A model generated the notes under the pieces. The model saw only the letters and a list, made by a program, of their open reading frames with translations. It did no database searches and was not told the DNA's origin. From Bacteroidales bacterium (GTDB lineage Bacteria; Bacteroidota; Bacteroidia; Bacteroidales; P3), in NCBI GenBank assembly GCA_017561155.1, contig JAFZDP010000033.1, positions 1,007-65,006 on the forward strand: a stretch of DNA of 64,000 bases. The letters are read 5' to 3'. Position numbers and translations under genes: made by a program. Of this stretch, positions 57,912 to 64,000 are shown one piece after another (position 1 is the first letter of the stretch; every line of letters begins with the position of its first letter).

Positions 57912-58215
57912 TATGCTTCGCTGTCGCTCAGTAGACTAAGGGCAAAAGACAAAAGGCAAAGGGCAAAAGTCTAAAGGGTATAGAAAGTATAGAAAGGCTA
58001 CGAGCTGTGAGCTTTGAGCCACTTCGCCCTATCCGTGATTCCGTAGTTCCATAATTTCGTGATTTCGTAAATCCGTAGTTCCGTTAATCCATAATTCCGT
58101 GATTCCGTAAATCCGTAAATCCGTAGTTCCATAATTCCGGCTACCGCCCTTCCTTTTGTCTTACGACATTTGTCTTTTGTCCGGCGTAGCACCGCGAAGC
58201 CATGGTCTGTTGTCC
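57912..58215. repeat. Mosaic microsatellite block H
   Basis: 57964-58056 is identical (93/93 by eye) to 55477-55569 of block G, in the same orientation. Confidence 0.95.
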
Positions 58216-58216
58216 A

Positions 58217-58257
58217 TAAAAAAACTAGAGTCAACGGAAATATCCATCGACTCTAGT
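58217..58257 (-). terminator. Terminator of the HU-like gene
   Basis: Stem ACTAGAGTC pairs with GACTCTAGT. The A-run on the plus strand gives a T-run on the minus strand. Confidence 0.7.
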
Positions 58258-58307
58258 TAGGGGCTTGTCGTTACTCAATGGTAAAAAGCCAATAGTTTTA
58301 AAAAGGT

Positions 58308-58925
58308 CTATCCTTCAAAACCGCCGCCACCTTGGTTGGTGTTGCCACTATCACCATTGTCCGGAGATGTGTTGGAATTGTTGTCATCGTCATCGTCGTC
58401 GTCCTCATTGTCGTCGGTGATGTCGATTATCTCAGATTCGCCACCTTTGATTTTGGAATAAAGTTTTTCAGTACGGATAGGATTGCCATCGGCATCTCGC
58501 TCCAATACACGTTCGCCTACTATTTCGTAAACGCCCTCCAATTCGCAATCAATTTTGGCCAAATCTTCTTTCAAATCGGTTGAAGGAAGAAAACGAATTT
58601 TGAAATCCACCAGTTGGCGTATTCCTGCTGCTTCCAAATTGTCGGTGGCAGTGCTTTCGCAAGTAATGCGGAATGTACCTAAGTTAGGAAATTCCACACT
58701 ATGACCATTCAACAAAAAATTGCGGATGGATTGCGTAAGTGCATGCATGGATGCAGACACATAGGCAGGTGGTACCATCGAGTTTTGGGTGCAATACTCC
58801 AAGATGTCTTTGCTAGACATAGTGGTGTAGCGTACAGGGCGTAAAACAAAACCCTTAGAAATTTTTTGGCTTCCGCCAACATTGTAAATGTTCTGCTCTT
58901 TGGCAGTCAAAAGAATTTTTCCCAT
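58308..58925 (-). CDS. HU-family (HU_HIG-like) DNA-binding protein with poly-Asp / Gly tail ending GGFEG
   Basis: DILEYCTQNSMVPPAYVSASMHALTQSIRNFLLNGHSVEFPNLGTFRIT is an HU-like core; the tail is ..DDNEDDDDDDDNNSNTSPDNGDSGNTNQGGGGFEG. Confidence 0.7.
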   Translation of the reverse strand: MGKILLTAKEQNIYNVGGSQKISKGFVLRPVRYTTMSSKDILEYCTQNSMVPPAYVSASMHALTQSIRNFLLNGHSVEFPNLGTFRITCESTATDNLEAAGIRQLVDFKIRFLPSTDLKEDLAKIDCELEGVYEIVGERVLERDADGNPIRTEKLYSKIKGGESEIIDITDDNEDDDDDDDNNSNTSPDNGDSGNTNQGGGGFEG

Positions 58926-59120
58926 TTTCTTTCTTTTTTTTATGGGATTTTTTGGAAGGACCTCAGTTATACAACGAATATCATGACGAGGTCTGCCACA
59001 ATATCTCTTTTTTATTTTACGGAACTTTAGCTTTTAGCCATTGGCTTTTGGTTTAACTGTCGCAGTCTGATTGTTATTGCTTGCATATCAAAAAGCTAAC
59101 AGTCAAATACTAAAGTTGCC

Positions 59121-59408
59121 TTATATTTGTTTTATGCTTATAACGCGAGGGTCGTTGTAGAAATTATTTTTAGGTTCCGAAATCCTATTATAATACACTA
59201 CTTCTACCATCATACCGTCGCAACCGGCATAGTTTACATTATCGCCATTGCAGGTTAGTATCAAATTATTCTCCAATCCCGACACATTGGTGTTCGATTG
59301 TACCCATAGTTTTGCAGCTTTGATTGGTTTTCCATCTCTATCGTTTCCTATCGTAGTCACCATCGATTTCACGATTCGTCCTCTAAATGTTTCTTTTTTG
59401 AATTTCAT
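59121..59408 (-). CDS. Hypothetical protein (95 aa)
   Basis: ORF with a TAATTTTG box about 118 nt upstream. No family recognised. Confidence 0.45.
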   Translation of the reverse strand: MKFKKETFRGRIVKSMVTTIGNDRDGKPIKAAKLWVQSNTNVSGLENNLILTCNGDNVNYAGCDGMMVEVVYYNRISEPKNNFYNDPRVISIKQI

Positions 59409-59525
59409 ATCTACTATTTATATTTGAAAAAAAATTATCGTCGTTACACAAATTATCAAGCCTAAATATTCTTCAAACAATATGCTATCTATTAATTGAT
59501 TAGCATGTTTGTTTTTATTCGATTG

Positions 59526-59533
59526 CAAAATTA
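59526..59533 (-). promoter_or_regulatory. -7 box TAATTTTG (minus strand)
   Basis: Plus strand reads CAAAATTA. Confidence 0.45.
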
Positions 59534-59810
59534 CTAATATTTCGTCACATACCTAAATTTAAGATATTAACAAGTGGTGATAAAAAAGGGAAAAAACTTG
59601 ATTGTGAATTATATATATGCTAATAACATCCTTTTTTTTTTTCTATATTTTTCTTGTTTTGAGTAGATTGAGATAAAAATGATTTCTTGTTTTTTTGTAG
59701 TTTTTTGATTTGAAGTTGCAAACATAGATAATATTGTTTTTTAGCGCAAATTGAATGTTAATTTCATGGTTAATAACTGTTAATAAAGTAGCGTATATAA
59801 CCCTCAAAAA

Positions 59811-59893
59811 AAATGGGTACCCATTTGTCGAAAAATGGGTACTATATTTGGGAAAAATGGGTACCCATTTCGTATGTAAATGGGTACCCATTT
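59811..59893. promoter_or_regulatory. Phased array of a perfect 16-bp palindrome AAATGGGTACCCATTT (3 exact copies + 1 half-degenerate)
   Basis: Copies start at 59811, 59833 (degenerate right half), 59855 and 59878, so spacing is 22, 22 and 23 bp. The array lies in a 740-bp region with no credible ORF. Confidence 0.85.
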
Positions 59894-60145
59894 TTGGATT
59901 ATATAGTACTATCCGGAACAAAATATAGTGGGGATATGAAAAATAATAGATTATTTGAAATTTAAATTCTTGAATATTAGAGTGTTTTGATTTTTTTGAA
60001 AAATGTTTTTTTTATGGTCGATAGTGCCGGTGTTTTATTTTTGTGAGCCAAATATATGGATAAAATGCATAGTTGTAAATGTTAAAATACATACTTGTGC
60101 AAATGTATTATTATGCAGTTGCAATATCCGTCTTTTTGTAAAGAG

Positions 60146-60545
60146 ATGTATAGAAAGTAGAGAACGGTTGTGAGGCATGATCCGGTTTCGCTTTGCTACG
60201 CCAATACTAAAAGCAAAGGTCGTAAGACAAAAGGAGGGCGGTAGCCGAAGCTACGGAATTACGGAATAGAGGGTATAGAGAGTATAGAGAGTATAGAGAG
60301 TATAGAAAGTATAGAGAGTATAGAGAGTATAGAGAGTATAGAGAGTCTCTCTACTTTCTGTACCTTTTTGGGGACAACGGACTACGGACAACAGACAACA
60401 GTCGGGCGGTAGCCGGCTCAAGGCTCACAGCTCGTAGCTCATAGCTACTCCGTCTGCGAAGCGTAAGCGAAGCACCAGCGGCAGCCACTTGTAGTCTCGT
60501 AGTCTTGTAGACTAGTAGTCTCGTAGACTCGTAGTCGGCGAAGTA
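60146..60545. repeat. Mosaic microsatellite block I
   Basis: (GTATAGAGA)8 at 60273-60344, the shared junction GTATAGAGAGTCTCTCTACTTTCTGTACC, then reverse vocabulary (GCGAAGC, GTAGTCTCGTAGTC). Confidence 0.95.
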
Positions 60546-60717
60546 CACCAAAAATATATAATACTATAATTAAATGCAGTAATAACTCACATATAACCAG
60601 CGGTGGAGTTGTATAAAGAAATGTGAAAATATTTCTGATAATCAAAATAATATGGAAGATAAATTGAAAAATGGTAAAAAAATCTTTCTTTTTTGCTTGT
60701 ATATGAAAAAAAAGTAG

Positions 60718-60725
60718 TACCTTTG
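60718..60725 (+). promoter_or_regulatory. -7 box TACCTTTG driving the tracrRNA candidate
   Basis: Matches TAnnTTTG, with a TTTG-containing stretch about 25 nt upstream. Confidence 0.55.
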
Positions 60726-60730
60726 CAGCA

Positions 60731-60813
60731 CGAAAATAAAGCAAATCACAATAAGGATTATTCCGTTGTGAAAACATTTAGAGTGGGAGTTTAACGATTC
60801 TCGCTCTTTTTTT
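60731..60813 (+). ncRNA. Candidate tracrRNA of the type II-C system
   Basis: Anti-repeat-like CGAAAATAAAGCAAATCACAAT, nexus-like AAGGATTATTCCGTT, and the terminal hairpin GAGTGGGA/TCTCGCTC (two G-U pairs valid only in plus-strand RNA) plus T7. It lies 100 nt upstream of cas9 on the same strand. Confidence 0.6.
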
Positions 60814-60836
60814 GTATATTATTCAAAAATATTTCA

Positions 60837-60844
60837 TATCTTTG
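60837..60844 (+). promoter_or_regulatory. -7 box TATCTTTG upstream of cas9
   Basis: 69 nt upstream of the ATG at 60913. Confidence 0.55.
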
Positions 60845-60912
60845 CATTTCGAAACACAGAGAGTTATTTGTGTTAAATATTAGATTGATTAATAATAAAA
60901 ACACTATATAGT

Positions 60913-63900
60913 ATGAGAAAAATACTTGGATTAGACCTTGGCACCAATAGTATTGGATGGGCAGTGATAGAGGCAGAAGATAACGAACTTGTAGAAATAT
61001 TGGGAATGGGAAGTAGAATAATTCCGTTGACTACAGACGAATCGAACGAATTTTCTACCGGTAATGCTATTTCTAAAAACCAAAAACGAACAGAGAAACG
61101 TACTACTCGTAAGGGATATGACAGGTATCAACAGCGACGAATAAATTTGACTCTTAAACTTAGAGAGTTGAATATGTTGCCCGATGAGCAATTGATAAAA
61201 TTGCCGGTATTAGAACTTTGGCAACTAAGAGCAAATGCGGCTACTAATGGTTGCAAACTGAGTTTGGCAGAGATAGGCAGAGTGCTTTATCATCTAAACC
61301 AAAAACGAGGATATAAGCATGCCAAAGCCGACGAAAACTCTGATAAAAAACAACGTGAATACGTTGCCAACATAAACAATAGATATACTCATATACAAGA
61401 ATTGGGCAAAACTATTGGTCAATACTTTTTTGATAATCTGAAAGATAACGAAGTGACAACCGAAAAGGGAAAATTCTATACATATCGTATAAAAGATCAA
61501 GTGTTTCCACGCAAGGCATACGAGGCTGAGTACGACCAAATAATGGAATGTCAAAAAGAATTTTATCCCGATATACTAACCGATGAGGTTATAGACGAAA
61601 TACGCAACGAAATAATATACTATCAACGCAAACTAAAATCGTGCAAACACCTTGTTTCGCTATGCGAATTCGAGAAGCGAAAATACATAAACAAAGAGGG
61701 AAAAGAAGTGTATGATGGGCCAAAGGTGGCTCCAAAGTCGTCGCCACTATTCCAAGTGTGTAAGATATGGGAAAGTGTAAATAACTTAACCTTAAAGAAT
61801 AGACGAAACGATGAACTATATATATCGGCAGAGCAACGCAAAGCAATGTTCGACTTTTTGAATGAAAACGAAAAGATGACACTGACCGATATGTATAAAA
61901 TACTAAACATTACCAAAGCCGACGGTTGGTGGGGTGGAAAAGCTATTGGCAAAGGTTTGCAAGGTAATACTACAAAGATGCAACTTCGTAAAGCTCTTTC
62001 AAATATTGAAGGTGCTGATGAATTGTTGAAGTTTGATTTGACTACGATAAATATCGATAAAGTTAATACTGAAACAGGAGAAATATTGAAAGTAGTAAGT
62101 CCCGATTTTGAAAAAGAACCTTTATATAAACTTTGGCATACCATATATTCTATTCAAGATAAAGAGGAGCTAAGAAATGTCCTTGCAAAGAACTTTAATA
62201 TTACCGACGAAGAAACTATAAACGCACTATTTGCAATAGATTTTGTAAAAGCCGGTTTTGGCAATAAGTCGTCGAAGTTTATGCGTAGAATATTACCGTA
62301 TCTTCAAGAGGGCGAAAAATATAGCAAGGCTTGCGAATATGTAGGTGTAAACCACTCTAATAGCATAACAACGGCCGAAAACGAAGCCCGTACATTACTT
62401 GCCAAACTTCCTCAAATTCAGAAAAACGAATTGCGTCAACCGGTGGTTGAAAAGATACTTAACCAAATGGTTAATGTAGTAAATGCTATTATAGATAAAT
62501 ATGGAACAATAGACGAAATAAGGGTAGAGCTTGCCAGAGAGTTGAAGCAAAGCAAAGATGAGCGTAATGAAACTGACAAGCGAATGAGAAATAGTCAAAA
62601 AGAAAATGAAAATATTGCAAAAAGAATAGAAGAATATGGCATTCGTTCCTCTCGTAATAAAATACAAAAATATAAGATGTGGGTCGAAGCCGAAGAGAAA
62701 TGTTTCTACTGTGGGCAACCTGTTAATGTTACTGAATTTTTAAAAGGAGATAATATAGAAATAGAACACATTATACCAAAGTCGTTGTATTTTGATGATA
62801 GTTTTTCTAACAAAGTATGTTCGTGCAAAAAATGTAACCAAGAGAAAAACAATCGCACTGCATACGACTATATGAAAACCAAAGGCGAAGAAGCTTTTAA
62901 TGAATATGTGAAACGAGTAGAACGATACTATGAAGCCAAGAAAATATCGAAAACCAAAAGAGAGCGACTACTTACCCCTACGGATAAAATACCAAACGAT
63001 TTTATAGATAGACAATTAAGAGAAAGTCAATATATAGCCCGCAAATCGGCAGAGATGTTGCGATTGGTATGTCGCAATGTTTGGACCACAAGTGGTAGTA
63101 TTACCGACTTTTTGAGACACAACTGGGGATACGATGAAATACTACACTCTGTAAACCTTGAACGCTATCAGCTTGGAGGACTTACCGAAATGGTAGAGTA
63201 TGAACACAAAGGCCAGAAACATACCGAAGAAAGAATAAAAGAATGGACAAAACGTCTGGACCACAGACATCATGCTATAGATGCTTTGGTAGTGGCTTGT
63301 ACCAGACAAAGCTACATTCAACGCCTAAACAACTTGAACACCGAAAGAGATGTAATGTTCGAAGAAGTTGAAAAACAAGGAGCTGAATGGAAAGAAAAAC
63401 TATCGTTGCTTAACAAGTGGGTTTCTATTCAACCTCACTTCCCGGTAGATGTGGTGAGGAACAAGGTGGAAGAAATACTTGTATCGTTCAAGTCCGGAAA
63501 GAAGGTGACAACTTCAGGCAGGCGTGTAGTATACAAACATGGTAAAAAGGTTGTGATGCAATCGGATATACTTGTGCCTCGTGGTAGCCTAAGCGAAGAA
63601 AGTGTTTATGGCAAAATAAAGACAATAGAAGAAAAGAAACCTATTAAATATATATTCGAACATCCGGATTTGATTTTCAAACCATATATAAAGAAGTTGG
63701 TAGAAGATAGACTGAAGATGTTTGATGGCGATAGCAAAAAGGCGATAGCTTCGTTGAAAAAAGAGCCTATTTATCTGAGAGAAGATAAATCTGCAGTATT
63801 GGAATATGCCACATGCTACAAAGAAGAATACGTAATTAAGTATCCTTTGAATTCGTTGAAGGCCAAAGATACTGAATATATAACTGATAGTAAGATAAAA

Positions 63901-64000
63901 GAAATAGTAAAACAACGATTGCTTGAACACAACAACAACGAGAAGATAGCTTTTAGTACTCCGTTGTATGCCGATGCAAATAATAAGATAGAAATAAAAA
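60913..64000 (+). CDS. cas9: Cas9 (type II-C, Bacteroidota-like); 3' end lies outside the window
   Basis: Absent from the ORF track because no stop falls in the window; my hand translation stays open from 60913 to 64000. RuvC-I MRKILGLDLGTNSIGWAV, RuvC-II IDEIRVELAREL, HNH CFYCGQ..EIEHIIPKS..CKKCNQEKNNRTAYDY, RuvC-III LDHRHHAIDALVVA. Confidence 0.93.
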   Translation, partial: MRKILGLDLGTNSIGWAVIEAEDNELVEILGMGSRIIPLTTDESNEFSTGNAISKNQKRTEKRTTRKGYDRYQQRRINLTLKLRELNMLPDEQLIKLPVLELWQLRANAATNGCKLSLAEIGRVLYHLNQKRGYKHAKADENSDKKQREYVANINNRYTHIQELGKTIGQYFFDNLKDNEVTTEKGKFYTYRIKDQVFPRKAYEAEYDQIMECQKEFYPDILTDEVIDEIRNEIIYYQRKLKSCKHLVSLCEFEKRKYINKEGKEVYDGPKVAPKSSPLFQVCKIWESVNNLTLKNRRNDELYISAEQRKAMFDFLNENEKMTLTDMYKILNITKADGWWGGKAIGKGLQGNTTKMQLRKALSNIEGADELLKFDLTTINIDKVNTETGEILKVVSPDFEKEPLYKLWHTIYSIQDKEELRNVLAKNFNITDEETINALFAIDFVKAGFGNKSSKFMRRILPYLQEGEKYSKACEYVGVNHSNSITTAENEARTLLAKLPQIQKNELRQPVVEKILNQMVNVVNAIIDKYGTIDEIRVELARELKQSKDERNETDKRMRNSQKENENIAKRIEEYGIRSSRNKIQKYKMWVEAEEKCFYCGQPVNVTEFLKGDNIEIEHIIPKSLYFDDSFSNKVCSCKKCNQEKNNRTAYDYMKTKGEEAFNEYVKRVERYYEAKKISKTKRERLLTPTDKIPNDFIDRQLRESQYIARKSAEMLRLVCRNVWTTSGSITDFLRHNWGYDEILHSVNLERYQLGGLTEMVEYEHKGQKHTEERIKEWTKRLDHRHHAIDALVVACTRQSYIQRLNNLNTERDVMFEEVEKQGAEWKEKLSLLNKWVSIQPHFPVDVVRNKVEEILVSFKSGKKVTTSGRRVVYKHGKKVVMQSDILVPRGSLSEESVYGKIKTIEEKKPIKYIFEHPDLIFKPYIKKLVEDRLKMFDGDSKKAIASLKKEPIYLREDKSAVLEYATCYKEEYVIKYPLNSLKAKDTEYITDSKIKEIVKQRLLEHNNNEKIAFSTPLYADANNKIEIK

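Noticed and set aside
59643-59921. 92-aa minus-strand ORF spanning the palindrome array.
   Set aside because: Its sequence (repeated KMGTH / KWVPIF segments) simply translates the repeated palindromes. It has no promoter box or coding-like composition.
60931-62718. Minus-strand ORFs 60931-61191, 61294-61554, 61589-61882, 61623-62144, 62395-62718 and 63589-63930.
   Set aside because: All are antisense to the continuous cas9 reading frame, which carries every catalytic motif.

Overview
AT-rich chromosomal segment that looks like Bacteroidota (Bacteroidales-like). Three things support the phylum call. A TAnnTTTG -7 promoter box sits 5-155 nt (mostly 20-90 nt) upstream of about 20 start codons. 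Both T9SS type A and type B C-terminal sorting domains are present. BatA-type and HU_HIG-type proteins are present. All protein family calls come from motif recognition by eye; no BLAST or HMM search was possible. The central 6-55 kb is mostly housekeeping: Na/Pi cotransporter, ruvX, typA, M16 peptidase, rlmI, pyrG, ahcY, tRNA-Arg(CCG), dnaB, prfA, a BatA-like gene followed by sbcD-sbcC-pepT and a His-rich COG0523 GTPase, a 1427-aa T9SS adhesin, tsaC, recN and deaD. Both ends are accessory. The left end (0-6.1 kb) has a truncated HATPase_c_4-type regulator, an AbiEi/AbiEii pair and a DUF4143 AAA ATPase. The right end (55.1-64 kb) has a PflA-like radical SAM enzyme coupled to a very acidic small ORF, orphan small genes with a decayed duplicate, an HU-like gene, a phased array of 16-bp palindromes, a tracrRNA candidate and a type II-C cas9 that runs off the window. 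No CRISPR array, cas1 or cas2 lies inside the window. The most unusual signal is not a gene. It is a dispersed family of 300-620 bp mosaic intergenic blocks at eight major loci, roughly 3.8 kb in total. Each block is built from G-rich GCTTCGC-type headers followed by 7-9 bp microsatellites, arranged as purine-rich halves followed by their reverse complements. The blocks sit exactly between transcription units. Long perfect direct repeats within them bracket the accessory cassettes (AbiE, the DUF4143 ATPase and the radical SAM cluster). I do not recognise this element family.
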